DNA of 64,000 bases from NCBI GenBank assembly GCA_043719295.1, contig JAYSUD010000005.1, forward strand, positions 98,077 through 162,076, written 5' to 3'. This DNA is from a bacterium (GTDB lineage Bacteria; Patescibacteriota; Minisyncoccia; Phycocordibacterales; UBA918). The notes beneath the pieces are model-generated. The model saw nothing but the letters and a program-made list of their open reading frames with translations. It was not told the origin of the DNA and ran no database searches. This document shows positions 9,101 through 20,259 of this stretch, in pieces. Made by a program: the position numbers and the translations under genes. The stretch's first letter is position 1. Each line of letters starts with the position of its first letter.

Positions 9101-10004
9101 CCGTAAGACCTGTTGCGGGATTAAATGCACGACCACGAAGATAGAACTGATTAGAGGCATTTTGTAATAGCTCTACAGAACCACGACTGTTACTTGAATC
9201 AACTCGAAGATTCATAATGATTTGTCCCACATCATTTGCGATAATATTATAATCACTGTCGATTCTAAAATACATTCGTTGATAGACATCAGCTGAAGGT
9301 GTTGTGAGCGTTGTTGCAACTCGTGCGTTTCTGTTGGTACCACCAAACGTCGCAGCTAGCGCATAGTCGCCATTATTCTTCGTTGTTGCTTGAATGAGAA
9401 GTGTATTCCCAGCATCAACAGTATCACCAGCACCTGCATTATAATTTTGGAATGTGCTGTCATTGTTTTCAAAACCATCGGTAAAAAGTCCTGTTGAGGC
9501 TTCAGTAGAGGCCAAGGATGCAAAACCAGTTCCTAAAATTGCAGCACTGACAATAGGCACTTCACTTTGGTAACTTTGGTAGGTAATCGGACTTCCGTTT
9601 GTACCTGAGTTAGTTGGTGTAACCACCTCTCGATACGTTCCTCCACGAATATTAATAGTGTCTCCTGCTACCGCTGAACTTGCTGCTTTTTGGACGGTAC
9701 ACCATGGAGCACCAAGTGATGTTCCGAGTGCCACATCTGAACACGTCCCTCCGATACTATTACCGTCTACATAATATGTAGCAGCATGTACGGTGGCACT
9801 TGATATAGATAAACTTACGCTGTAGAACAAAATAAAAGCTATCAGATATAGAAATTTATATTTTCGTATTCTATATAATGGGAAGTGAAATGAGTACATA
9901 TACAGGTAATTGTATATGTACGATAGAAGGTGGTAAAGCAAAAGTATGCACAAAATATACTCAATTGAAGCACATACACTACATTCCAAATTCTTTAAAA
10001 ACAC
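6108..10004 (-). CDS. large secreted cell-surface protein: parallel beta-helix (pectate-lyase-like) repeats, two fibronectin type III domains, Gly/Ser linker, C-terminal peptidoglycan-binding domain
   Basis: N/D-rich beta-helix repeats (NNIIYQAND, NNTITG...); FN3-like ITWTTNEA...LYHFRIR x2; SSGGGSSGGGGSSS linker; PG_binding_1-like LQRMLGTDSAVYPEKEVTGFYGLLTQKAIERFQ; signal peptide likely starts at internal Met (~9899, MYSFHF...VHA). Confidence 0.7.
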   Translation of the reverse strand: MFLKNLECSVCASIEYILCILLLYHLLSYIYNYLYMYSFHFPLYRIRKYKFLYLIAFILFYSVSLSISSATVHAATYYVDGNSIGGTCSDVALGTSLGAPWCTVQKAASSAVAGDTINIRGGTYREVVTPTNSGTNGSPITYQSYQSEVPIVSAAILGTGFASLASTEASTGLFTDGFENNDSTFQNYNAGAGDTVDAGNTLLIQATTKNNGDYALAATFGGTNRNARVATTLTTPSADVYQRMYFRIDSDYNIIANDVGQIIMNLRVDSSNSRGSVELLQNASNQFYLRGRAFNPATGLTGIFGTTVAGSIVPDTWYLLEYRYKGGDAVTGGAQMWLNSSSTGSVFTYNTSTTTIGRAEWGGGTSGTAVAAAGSTLYIDDVRVATSSIGAFVAAGPSNTYKMINVTGDPNNIFENNARMATGSSPTSLTAGMYYYDSVGDILYIRTSDSSNPSTKTIDIPFWNEGFLIVNKQYLVFDDIAVKYNDGAGGLDGAYVIATSSNITVQNADIVDNFGSGVYLHRASSSTISNNQLLRNQRDFGGGLRFENGSDNNIVVDNTITGLGVAAGNGINLCGDGGCGYVGNDNNTIRRNTFYNLRDSCVYVGSLSDNNILEQNSCGLTFRANGVGGTGFHVSRGSDFNIIRNNIFFDMYGASIVVQSNTIDAVETSVYGNQILNNVIYNSATSVVGNHGGISVLDQAYDTIIKNNIIYQANDVSGLRVTGQAATSTIADYNLYYSTQPTVTNMFHWGVTSGTFYTNLANFRVAYPALEANSISVDPQFILASALNFLLATTSPAIDIGTTTALVTNDYIGVTRPQSARYDLGVYERLSSADITAPLITAIASTTGNISATITWTTNEAANSQVSYGPTTAYGATTTLDASLVTSHSVVINSLSPSTLYHFRIRTADSSGNVTFSGDTTMRTTAVADITSPTVSITSPSGGATISGLASVISATASDNIGVAGVQFKINGTNIGSEDTSAPYTTLANTSLFTDGSVSLLAVVRDTLNNYATSSTLVVTVDNTSPILSAIASSTGNTSATITWTTNEAGDSQINYGLSSSYSASTTLDTADVTSHTVTLSGLTASTLYHFRVRSRDAANNLQMSSDQTFTTTAAASSGGGSSGGGGSSSKKKTVATTSVSSPLVIPAVAIIKPITPVRSITPIPLNTSCLLTTSLSYGMSGASVSQLQRMLGTDSAVYPEKEVTGFYGLLTQKAIERFQLKYGIITSGTPQTTGYGNVGPQTRLKLNEVYCSRVTGQGSSSIIPQASTNFVLQAKILQLLTLLAELQAKLAALKKVP

Positions 10005-10617
10005 GCTCGTACATTACCATCGCTTCTTTTACCACTTTATGAGTAAGTACAAAATCTGATCCCCCATGCGCTATTTGATTGCGAATACGATGTGCTTGCC
10101 ATGCGTCGTCAATTGTAGCAAACGAACGTATGTTTGAACTTTTTAATTTTTCTCCGATAGTTGCACCTACATACCCGGCTTTTTCAAGTGTTCGTTCAAG
10201 TAATACGTCAGCCTCAATAATGGCAAATTTCCAGTCACTTGGGTTCAATGACTCAAGGTGCTTTTGTACATTGTCCCATCTATTTGTTTCAACATGCCCC
10301 CCATTAAGCTCCTGCCAGAGATGTTCTTGTCTATGTATATCTTTTTCTTCATCTTCCCCCATCTCACTTGCTCGAATATACGCGTAGATAATACCAGCAA
10401 TAAAGAGTGCCGACAGTGCAAATGCGATAATCGAGTACATCGTCCATATCTGGAGAAAGAAAGCAGTAACGGAGTTGAGTGTTGTATCGCTTCCTGACAG
10501 TGAATCATAGAGCTGTTTAAAAACATTGGTATCAAGACCATAGGAAGTATATTCTATATCATTTGCATCTTGAGGCATACAAAGCTTTAAATTCTGCGAT
10601 CTTTTTCGTTGGAACAA
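9979..10617 (-). CDS. membrane-anchored hypothetical protein with HEPN-like Rx4HG motif
   Basis: one TM helix (MYSIIAFALSALFIAGIIYAYI) then ~130-aa domain containing RIRNQIAHGG. Confidence 0.35.
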   Translation of the reverse strand: MFQRKRSQNLKLCMPQDANDIEYTSYGLDTNVFKQLYDSLSGSDTTLNSVTAFFLQIWTMYSIIAFALSALFIAGIIYAYIRASEMGEDEEKDIHRQEHLWQELNGGHVETNRWDNVQKHLESLNPSDWKFAIIEADVLLERTLEKAGYVGATIGEKLKSSNIRSFATIDDAWQAHRIRNQIAHGGSDFVLTHKVVKEAMVMYERVFKEFGM

Positions 10618-10883
10618 AAAATTTGTTCGTCACTGTATTAAACAACTTCCTACGAAGCTGTCTACTCAATGGACTATTCTTCACTTCGATACGAATAGTC
10701 TCATTGAGTCTTGCGAAGTGATACAAATCACTTCTCACACCTCCTCACAAATTTTTGCTCTTTCAACTGAAACTGTATAGGTTGTATGATATTTAAAAAA
10801 TATCGACAACCTTTTACATAATAACATTAAGTTATTATGTAACCTCAAATCTCATCAGAATTTAAAGCTTTGTATGTGAGGTG

Positions 10884-12296
10884 CTACTTTTGATCATCGT
10901 AGATTTTCTTTCCGATGTCAAAGAGGCGTGCATCACCACCATGTGGTCCTATATATTGTACCCCAACAGGGAGACGAACTCCGTCACGTTGTACCACACA
11001 AGAAGGAATTGAAATTGCAGGGACTCCCGCAAGATTCACAGGAACGGTAAAAATATCTGCTTTATACATCGAAAGTAAATCTTTCTTTTCTCCAAACTTA
11101 AAAGCAGGAATTGGTGAAGTTGGAGTTAGGATAAGATCAACGGTTTTGAAAACACTGTCCAACTCTTCACGCATCATCTGGCGCACTGCTTCTGCTTTTG
11201 CATAATAGGCGTCATAGTACCCCGAGGAAAGGACATAGGTGCCAAGTAAAATCCGGCGCTTCACTTCAGGACCAAAACCTTGTGCTCGAGTTTTTTCATA
11301 CACATCAAGAAGTGTCTCTCCATCTACGCTAAGTCCATACCGCATTCCATCGTATCGCGCTGTGTTTGATGAGACTTCAGCAGGGATAGAGATATAGTAT
11401 GCTGCTAAACCTTTCTCAAAAAGCGGAAGTGCAATATCGACAACGGTGTAACCCTCACTTTTTAGAAAAGAAACATGTGCCTCAAATGCTTCCATTACGT
11501 CAGCATCAATCCCCTCTTTCAAGAAATCTTTTGGAATACCAATAGTGTACGTTTCTTTTAACGGCACTTCTTTGTACGTATCATGCGCTATAGTAGTAGC
11601 ATCCATGGCGTCAAGTCCTTCTATGACACTGTGTACTAGCTCTGCATCAGCAACTGAGGTTGTAAGTGGCCCCGCTTGATCAAACGACGAACCCATCGCC
11701 ATAAGTCCACAACGTGAAACGGCACCATAGGTTGGCTTAAATCCAATAAGACCACAGAAACTTGCTGGCTGACGGACTGATCCTCCAGTATCTGTTCCGA
11801 TAGCAACAGGTACAGCTCCCATAGCAACCGCCGCAGCAGAGCCTCCTGAAGAGCCTCCAGGAACACGCGTGGTATCAAGAGGGTTTTTTGTTGGACCAAA
11901 AGCTGAGTTCTCTGTTGAAGATCCCATCGCAAACTCATCGAGGTTAGTTGAACCAATAAGTATTGCCCCAGCTTCTTTTAGGCGAGTAATGATTGTTGCG
12001 TCGTACGTTGCCGTATAGTTCTCAAGAATTTTTGAACCTCCTGTCGCTTTCTTACCTTGTATTAAGATGTTGTTTTTTATAGCGATTGGTACACCAAGAA
12101 GCGCTGGTGTATTTTGACCTTCAGTTTTAAAACGTTCTGTCGCAACTTCCGCCTCCACAAGCGCATCGTGATACACATCTAAAAAAGCATGAATGTCACC
12201 ATCCTTTTCTTTGATAATTTGAAGTGAGTCTGTTACTGCCTGAAGAGGTGTATACGAACCATCAATAAATTTTGTACGTAATTGTGAAATAGTCAT
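10884..12296 (-). CDS. gatA: Glu-tRNA(Gln)/Asp-tRNA(Asn) amidotransferase subunit A
   Basis: amidase signature GGSSGGSAAAVA; ATG 1 nt after the gatC stop. Confidence 0.9.
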   Translation of the reverse strand: MTISQLRTKFIDGSYTPLQAVTDSLQIIKEKDGDIHAFLDVYHDALVEAEVATERFKTEGQNTPALLGVPIAIKNNILIQGKKATGGSKILENYTATYDATIITRLKEAGAILIGSTNLDEFAMGSSTENSAFGPTKNPLDTTRVPGGSSGGSAAAVAMGAVPVAIGTDTGGSVRQPASFCGLIGFKPTYGAVSRCGLMAMGSSFDQAGPLTTSVADAELVHSVIEGLDAMDATTIAHDTYKEVPLKETYTIGIPKDFLKEGIDADVMEAFEAHVSFLKSEGYTVVDIALPLFEKGLAAYYISIPAEVSSNTARYDGMRYGLSVDGETLLDVYEKTRAQGFGPEVKRRILLGTYVLSSGYYDAYYAKAEAVRQMMREELDSVFKTVDLILTPTSPIPAFKFGEKKDLLSMYKADIFTVPVNLAGVPAISIPSCVVQRDGVRLPVGVQYIGPHGGDARLFDIGKKIYDDQK

Positions 12297-12297
12297 A

Positions 12298-12588
12298 CTA
12301 GTCTTGTTGCAGAATTTTCTTAACTTGTACATGCTTCCCACTCACTTTTGGAGCTTCATGCAATAGAGCATCAGTGTATCTTCCCGCTTCGACGGTAACG
12401 ACGTCATCTCGAAAAATATTGTACCGCGCACCAACTTTTTTACTAAGCTTCATGTCGGCTGTTATCGAATTGATGTCACTTACGTATGAAAGTACCGACT
12501 CAATATCAGCTTTAAGTGATTCTGCTTCCTTATCATCAATGCCAATGCGGGCCAAACGTGCGAGGTGTAAAATATCTTCTTTTTCCAT
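12298..12588 (-). CDS. gatC: Glu-tRNA(Gln)/Asp-tRNA(Asn) amidotransferase subunit C
   Basis: 96-aa GatC-like sequence directly upstream of and overlapping gatA. Confidence 0.8.
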   Translation of the reverse strand: MEKEDILHLARLARIGIDDKEAESLKADIESVLSYVSDINSITADMKLSKKVGARYNIFRDDVVTVEAGRYTDALLHEAPKVSGKHVQVKKILQQD

Positions 12589-12643
12589 GTTGGATATACT
12601 AGCATAATGAGCTTTTAACGGCGAACAAAGAAATCAGACTTGG

Positions 12644-14680
<2,037 letters not shown>

Positions 14681-14737
14681 CTACTTGGTATAGAGGGTGA
14701 TTGCAATGACGGGGAGAGGTGATTTTGTGGGGGGGGA

Positions 14738-15306
14738 AATATAGTTATACCTAAAGATTGGAGTACCCTAGACAGGACGCAAACGTACACAACGAAGCAG
14801 GGGTAGTCTTTGCTAAGAAATGCTTACAAAGGCGGGGTTATCTAAGAGTTCGAGACGTCCAGCAGTTTCTCACTCGTTTGCTTATTTCAAGCAAGACACC
14901 AGCACATTTTCTCTCCCGTAGGTCGAAAATGTTGGGTGTTTGCATAAGGCACCTGATTTTTAACGACCGAAGGGAGTGTAAAAATGGATGTACTCTTGTG
15001 GTGGAAATATAGTCATTACTGCTGACAGAGTTAACTGGGACTTTAGAGACGTCCAGCGGTTTTCGCTGAACGATACTATAAGCACAGCTAACGCTGAGGC
15101 TTATAGTATCGTTCTCGGACAGCGCGAAAACCGGGACGGAAGTTCGCTATTGTCGCTACTGCTGACAGAGTTAACTGAAACTTTAGAGACGTCCAGCGGT
15201 TTCTCACTCGTTTGCTTATTTCAAGCAAGACACCAGCACATTTTCTCTCCCGTAGGTCGAAAATGTTGGGTGTTTGCATAAGGGAAATATAGTCGTCGCT
15301 TTGCGA
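14738..15306. repeat. repeat-rich intergenic leader: two ~98-bp direct repeats (14852-14949, 15186-15283), two ~45-bp direct repeats (15017-15060, 15157-15201), a ~78-nt hairpin (15053-15130) and three GGAAATATAGT boxes
   Basis: direct sequence comparison; lies between the ligA start and the 3' end of the minor pilin gene. Confidence 0.7.
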
Positions 15307-15318
15307 CTCTTTATTTCC

Positions 15319-15948
15319 CTAAAATTCCACTGTCAGCTCGCGTTGGATGGTGAAGATGCTGTTGCCGATGTCTGCGCATACTCGGTTATAGCCTCGAGAT
15401 ACAATGATGGTGCATAGATTACCAGCTTCACATGTCTTCCCTCCTCCATTACCAATTCCTTTGTTTATGTCTGTAAAATCATGTGCAACAATCCCAGCAG
15501 CAGTTGTTGGTTGCATGATATACATATCCACTTCACTACAGCGATCATCAGCAGGATTTACCGAAGTTGCACCCCAAGTAAATCTATACGTAAAAACATC
15601 TATAAACCCTCCCACTACTGGTGTTCGTTGCGCATATGTTTTTGAATCTTGAGAGCCTCCAAAACAGGAGATGGTAGGATCAGTGCGGTTTGTGACAAAG
15701 TCTGGTTCAGCCGAATTTTCATACCGCCAATACCATAAACAATCAACACCTGCATGAGCAGCTTGGAAGGCAATTTCTGATTCACGTGCAGTAGAGGCAA
15801 GGTTAATTTGACTTACTGACACATGAAGCAAGGAAACACCAATAGCAAGCACAACACTCGAAATAATGATAGAAAGCAACAGTGCAAATCCACTTTGATT
15901 GTTTTTATTTTTTAGAGTTGCAGTATGCATATGTTTATAAATCTTCAT
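15319..15948 (-). CDS. type IV pilin-like minor pilin/pseudopilin (atypical, no Glu5)
   Basis: prepilin-like N-terminus NQSGFALLLSIIISSVVLAIG. Confidence 0.5.
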   Translation of the reverse strand: MKIYKHMHTATLKNKNNQSGFALLLSIIISSVVLAIGVSLLHVSVSQINLASTARESEIAFQAAHAGVDCLWYWRYENSAEPDFVTNRTDPTISCFGGSQDSKTYAQRTPVVGGFIDVFTYRFTWGATSVNPADDRCSEVDMYIMQPTTAAGIVAHDFTDINKGIGNGGGKTCEAGNLCTIIVSRGYNRVCADIGNSIFTIQRELTVEF

Positions 15949-16573
15949 AGATATTGAATAAACTTGTCTGCAAAACAACACTTTGTGTTGTACCTCCAAG
16001 ATACGTAGTGTTCCAACTTACCTCAACAGATACCAAAACTTCATCTGTACCTTGCCTAGTCAATTTAATAGCACGAGTGTAGGCAGTTGGAAGACCCCCA
16101 GCGATGTTATGGGTATACAGACTTGCAGTATTTGCAGCAGAAGTACGTATTCTCATTCTACATGGATTAATAACAGAAGTTGCAACAGTACAAATAAAGT
16201 CGTTGTTATTTAGAAGTGTAACATCTCTAAAATCAATACCACATCCATAGGGATTTCCTGCAGTAGGAAAACAGTTAAACGGCAAAGCACTGTTGCTATC
16301 TCCTGCAGGAGGGGTTGTCCATACCCAAGGATCTGGGCCCGGACCAGGGGTATTGTATGCTACCAATGCGTATTCATTTCGAATTATATTTACAGCAGTA
16401 ATCCCCTCTTGTGCAAGGAAAAAAGCTGTTGTTTGCTGGCGTGCATACTGTGCTGTTTGAATACTTTTTGCAGCAATAGTTAATGGACCTACAATTGCTA
16501 GCATTAAAATTGATATCGCAATTAATACCTCTACAAGTGAATATCCTTTTTCTGTTTTTGTTATCGTGTACAT
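15935..16573 (-). CDS. minor pilin with prepilin-type N-terminal cleavage/methylation domain
   Basis: KG|YSLVEVLIAISIL class III signal. Confidence 0.65.
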   Translation of the reverse strand: MYTITKTEKGYSLVEVLIAISILMLAIVGPLTIAAKSIQTAQYARQQTTAFFLAQEGITAVNIIRNEYALVAYNTPGPGPDPWVWTTPPAGDSNSALPFNCFPTAGNPYGCGIDFRDVTLLNNNDFICTVATSVINPCRMRIRTSAANTASLYTHNIAGGLPTAYTRAIKLTRQGTDEVLVSVEVSWNTTYLGGTTQSVVLQTSLFNIYEDL

Positions 16574-16574
16574 A

Positions 16575-17195
16575 CTAAATATCAAGGAGTTGTTGCGTTA
16601 CCGTGGTCTGTATGCTAAATGCTGCAGGCGGAACATTGTCATCATCTTTTGCATAACCCTCAACATAAATAGTTACACGAGGTTGTACCAAATCACCAGC
16701 AGTAGAACCATTAACTTCAAAACGCAGGAATGTAATCAGTGTATTCGGTGAGGTAACAGAAATCCATGAACCATTTCCAAGTCTACGTTCAATGGCGTTT
16801 GCATTAAGTCGAAATGCAATTCGATCTCCAAAAACTCCATTGGTTAAACTCTGCCCTCCCTCATTGAAGCTCAAAGCACGTCCATCGGCAGAGCCTGAAG
16901 TGCAATCATTTCGTGTTGTTCCTGAAGTTGTCAGTGAAGCTACGCTACCACAATAGTAATCAGACCCTGTACGTATGTCACGAGTCATACTATCAAGCGT
17001 ATACGTTATATTGGTCATAACTTCTTGCATGTTCCGCGCACGAGCATTTGCGTCTATAAGCACCAAAAGTGATCCCACACTGATGGTAACAACAACCGTA
17101 AAAATAGAAAGTGAAACGAGTACTTCTATCAATGAAAAACCTTTCTTTTGACTTAAAGCTTCGTGCATCATTTTTGAAAAATTAAAATATGTCAT
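16575..17195 (-). CDS. minor pilin with prepilin-type N-terminal cleavage/methylation domain
   Basis: KKG|FSLIEVLVSLSIF. Confidence 0.65.
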   Translation of the reverse strand: MTYFNFSKMMHEALSQKKGFSLIEVLVSLSIFTVVVTISVGSLLVLIDANARARNMQEVMTNITYTLDSMTRDIRTGSDYYCGSVASLTTSGTTRNDCTSGSADGRALSFNEGGQSLTNGVFGDRIAFRLNANAIERRLGNGSWISVTSPNTLITFLRFEVNGSTAGDLVQPRVTIYVEGYAKDDDNVPPAAFSIQTTVTQQLLDI

Positions 17196-17812
17196 GGCAG
17201 ATTTTCAACACTCATTTGGCCTGATGCTGAAACGCGTACAATTTTTGAAGCTGAAACATCAGCAATACTAGAAATATAAACAAGTGCAGTTTGGACATTA
17301 GCTACAGTTGGACCAGTGCTATAAAACGCAGCATCAAAATCAGGACGTTCAAACGTGACTGCGAGGGTAGTAACATCAGTTGCACTACCACCACAAGCAC
17401 TAATTGCTCCCGTTGAGACGCACATACGACTTATAACAAAACGAGGATCAACAATTGTTGGGCCACCTATTTCTTCACCAGCATTATAATGCGCAGGGAC
17501 GTCAGCATCACCAACATCTTGAAAGAGTAAGTATTGAGTTGGGAGACTCATATTAAAATACAACCCATACTCCTCTCTGAAGTTGTTGTTTTTACCTTTT
17601 GAACTAATGGCAAGTGATTGTGTCTCTCTTAGATCAAACGCTGTCTTGTACGCTTGACTCGTGAGTAACACCGAACTGTTAAAAGACGAATACTGGACGA
17701 GCACAATTCCTGTTACTAAAACAACAATGGTGATAGTCACCATAAGCTCAACAACGGTAAAACCACTTTTTTTAAAACGTAGCCATTTATTGTTTGAGAT
17801 AGGATTGACCAT
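17192..17812 (-). CDS. minor pilin with prepilin-type N-terminal cleavage/methylation domain
   Basis: KSG|FTVVELMVTITI. Confidence 0.6.
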   Translation of the reverse strand: MVNPISNNKWLRFKKSGFTVVELMVTITIVVLVTGIVLVQYSSFNSSVLLTSQAYKTAFDLRETQSLAISSKGKNNNFREEYGLYFNMSLPTQYLLFQDVGDADVPAHYNAGEEIGGPTIVDPRFVISRMCVSTGAISACGGSATDVTTLAVTFERPDFDAAFYSTGPTVANVQTALVYISSIADVSASKIVRVSASGQMSVENLP

Positions 17813-17816
17813 AGAG

Positions 17817-18647
17817 TTAAAAAAGTTTTGCGATGATTGAAAGTACGTCTGTCTGCATGAAGAACACAATCACAAACGCAATAAGCATAAACGGAGCGAA
17901 TGGAACTTCACTCTTCATTGTAATGGGTATTTGTAAAAATGACATCTGATTTTTCCCCTTTTCCAATATTTTTTGAATGACAATGAGTGCAATACTCAAA
18001 ATCGCTCCAATCCAAAATGAAAATACCACAAACGAAAACGCACTTAGAGGTAGAAGCATAAGGCCAAGCGGAAACGCAAGTTTCACATCCCCAAGACCAA
18101 TCCATCGTCCTTTTGATACAAGCCAGAGTGTAAGATAAAACAGTGTCGCTCCAAATCCTGCAATAAGGTGTGGGATGAGACTTAAAAGTGAAGATGCTAC
18201 GTACGCCTCATAGCCTACATACAAACTTGCACACAAGAAGACTGCAACCACAAACTCGTTTGGAATAATCATATGGCGCATGTCATAGGCCGCAATTACC
18301 ACAAGAAATGATGCGAGCGTTAGTCCAAATGCTAGAAAGAGTAACGATGGCGAAGAAAGGTACACAAGCATAAAGAGCCCTGCTGTTGTTAGCTCCATCA
18401 GGAGTAACCGCATAGGAATAAACGCATCACACGACTTACACTTCCCTTTTAACAGGACGTATGACAACAGTGGAAATAACTCGTACCATGAGAGCGTATG
18501 GCCACACGACATACACCGTGATCTACCATTAATTGATTTTCCCGTATGGAAACGGCAAACAATAACGTCGAGGAAACTCCCCATAATGAGACCAAGGATT
18601 GCTGTCAGAAAAAGCATATAATACGTTGGCAAAAGTGACATCAGTTC
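17817..18647 (-). CDS. pilD: prepilin peptidase (A24 family)
   Basis: CxxC...CxxC zinc cluster (CMSCGH...CKSCD) and multi-TM peptidase A24 core; start trimmed so it does not run into the upstream terminator. Confidence 0.85.
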   Translation of the reverse strand, partial: ELMSLLPTYYMLFLTAILGLIMGSFLDVIVCRFHTGKSINGRSRCMSCGHTLSWYELFPLLSYVLLKGKCKSCDAFIPMRLLLMELTTAGLFMLVYLSSPSLLFLAFGLTLASFLVVIAAYDMRHMIIPNEFVVAVFLCASLYVGYEAYVASSLLSLIPHLIAGFGATLFYLTLWLVSKGRWIGLGDVKLAFPLGLMLLPLSAFSFVVFSFWIGAILSIALIVIQKILEKGKNQMSFLQIPITMKSEVPFAPFMLIAFVIVFFMQTDVLSIIAKLF

Positions 18648-18708
18648 CATATTGCATAATTGTACACCATGCATAGAGATACAATACCACTTATTAAAAT
18701 AGTAATAT

Positions 18709-18739
18709 AAAAAATCCTGCACAAGTACAGGATTTTTTT
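18709..18739. terminator. rho-independent terminator after pilin gene (ATCCTG-cacaagta-CAGGAT + T-run)
   Basis: hairpin flanked by an A-run and a T-run. Confidence 0.55.
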
Positions 18740-18757
18740 GAACAGGCTCTAACTATT

Positions 18758-19171
18758 TTATGGGCAGAGGGTATTTGATGAAGGAAGAGTACCTGATGGT
18801 GATGTAGTTGAAGTACCGAGACTATCCATACAGATAAATCCACCCGTCTTTAGTGGTCCAGCAAAGACCCACTCATCAGCATCGTTTTCGTTACAATATG
18901 GTGCTGCTACTTTTAAGGTAATGTCAGCAATAATTTGGAGTATGTTTGCATTTGTACAAAGATTATCATAACTTACTGTACCGTCTGCCTTACTCCCAAA
19001 AATGTTTGCTTGTGCTCGTGCGTTATTAACAGATGCCTGGACTGATGCGTCAGTGCCTTTTTCACGTGCAGTAGACAATGATGCCAACACTACAGAGGCC
19101 AAGATTCCGATAATAGCGATAACCACCAAGAGTTCGATGAGGGTGAAACCTCGTTGTGCGAATTTGTTAAT
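18758..19171 (-). CDS. pilA: type IV major pilin (PilA-like)
   Basis: MINKFAQRG|FTLIELLVVIAIIGILASVVL prepilin N-terminus; C-terminal Cys pair. Confidence 0.8.
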   Translation of the reverse strand: MNKFAQRGFTLIELLVVIAIIGILASVVLASLSTAREKGTDASVQASVNNARAQANIFGSKADGTVSYDNLCTNANILQIIADITLKVAAPYCNENDADEWVFAGPLKTGGFICMDSLGTSTTSPSGTLPSSNTLCP

Positions 19172-19233
19172 CATAGATAAAGTATACCTCTGTGTCACCT
19201 ATCGATTTATACACTTTGGGGAAAACTGTGCTA

Positions 19234-19267
19234 CAAAAAAACTCCCAGCGGGAGTTTTTTTGTTTTG
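19234..19267. terminator. bidirectional rho-independent terminator (ACTCCC-agc-GGGAGT)
   Basis: A7 run, hairpin, T7 run. Confidence 0.6.
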
Positions 19268-19281
19268 TAGTACAATCTTGG

Positions 19282-19722
19282 TTATGGACAGGTTGCTCCT
19301 GATGGAGCTGTGTACCCAGTTGTATATGTTTTAGAAGTTCCAGTACTGTCAGAACAAATACCAGAACCACTAGTAGTCACAAGTGGTGTTGCCAAAACCC
19401 ATGATGTAGCTGCTGGTGTACAAGTTACAACATTACTTGTGCCATTCTTTGCTTCCATATCAGCAACAATAGCTGCTCCTTGACCATTGGTACAAACGTT
19501 AGCGCCAGAAGCGTTATAAATAACTGTACCATTAGGTTGATTACCGACAATTTCTGCATTCGCTCTGAAGTTACTTAGCCCAGCTTGAAGCGCAGCATCC
19601 GTTCCTTTACTTCGTGCAGTAGACAATGATGCCAACACTACAGAGGCCAAGATTCCGATAATAGCAATAACCACCAAGAGCTCGATGAGGGTGAAACCTC
19701 GTTGTGCAATTTTTTTAATCAT
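19282..19722 (-). CDS. pilA: type IV major pilin paralog (PilA-like)
   Basis: MIKKIAQRG|FTLIELLVVIAIIGILASVVL; ~95 nt of the 5' coding region is near-identical to the neighbouring pilin. Confidence 0.8.
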   Translation of the reverse strand: MIKKIAQRGFTLIELLVVIAIIGILASVVLASLSTARSKGTDAALQAGLSNFRANAEIVGNQPNGTVIYNASGANVCTNGQGAAIVADMEAKNGTSNVVTCTPAATSWVLATPLVTTSGSGICSDSTGTSKTYTTGYTAPSGATCP

Positions 19723-19915
19723 ATCGTACTTATTTTTTAAAACACTAATTTGTGTGTACCGTATTCAGACATCAGCTGAGGTGTCTTAATTCGGTTATCA
19801 CACAGTGATTCACCAACGTGAATATATACAGTATACGCCCTCCTTCAAAAGAAAAGGCAACCGTATGTGGAGAAATGGTTATTTCTTTTCTCATATTCAC
19901 TCATTAGTACAGAGG

Positions 19916-20245
19916 TTATAATAATCCTAATTGAGTACGCAACGCTTGTTCAATTCCGAGCATATCAAGTGAATGCACCTCTGTGTACTTTTTAATAAGT
20001 TTTTCTTTACTCACCGTTGTTAATTGATTAGTCATCGCTTTACCTTTTTTATCTAACACGTTAATTAGTGCTTCCCCAGGAAAAATTCGATCAGTATTGG
20101 ATGTTAGTGGCACAACTTGAAATCGATCAATGTGGGCATTTGAAATATTATTACTCATAATAACTGCAGGTCGTGTTTTTTGAATTTCAGAGCCAATACT
20201 TTGCTCGAAGTTTACCCACCAGACTTCACCACGCATAGGTGTCAT
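19916..20245 (-). CDS. MazF/PemK-family type II toxin endoribonuclease
   Basis: GEVWWVNF...RPAVIMSNN MazF/PemK signature. Confidence 0.75.
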   Translation of the reverse strand: MTPMRGEVWWVNFEQSIGSEIQKTRPAVIMSNNISNAHIDRFQVVPLTSNTDRIFPGEALINVLDKKGKAMTNQLTTVSKEKLIKKYTEVHSLDMLGIEQALRTQLGLL

Positions 20246-20259
20246 ATAATTTATTTAGG

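Noticed and set aside
14738-15306. Possible CRISPR array because of ~100-bp repeats
   Set aside because: Only two long (98-bp) copies and two 45-bp copies. There is no regular short repeat/spacer periodicity and no cas genes.
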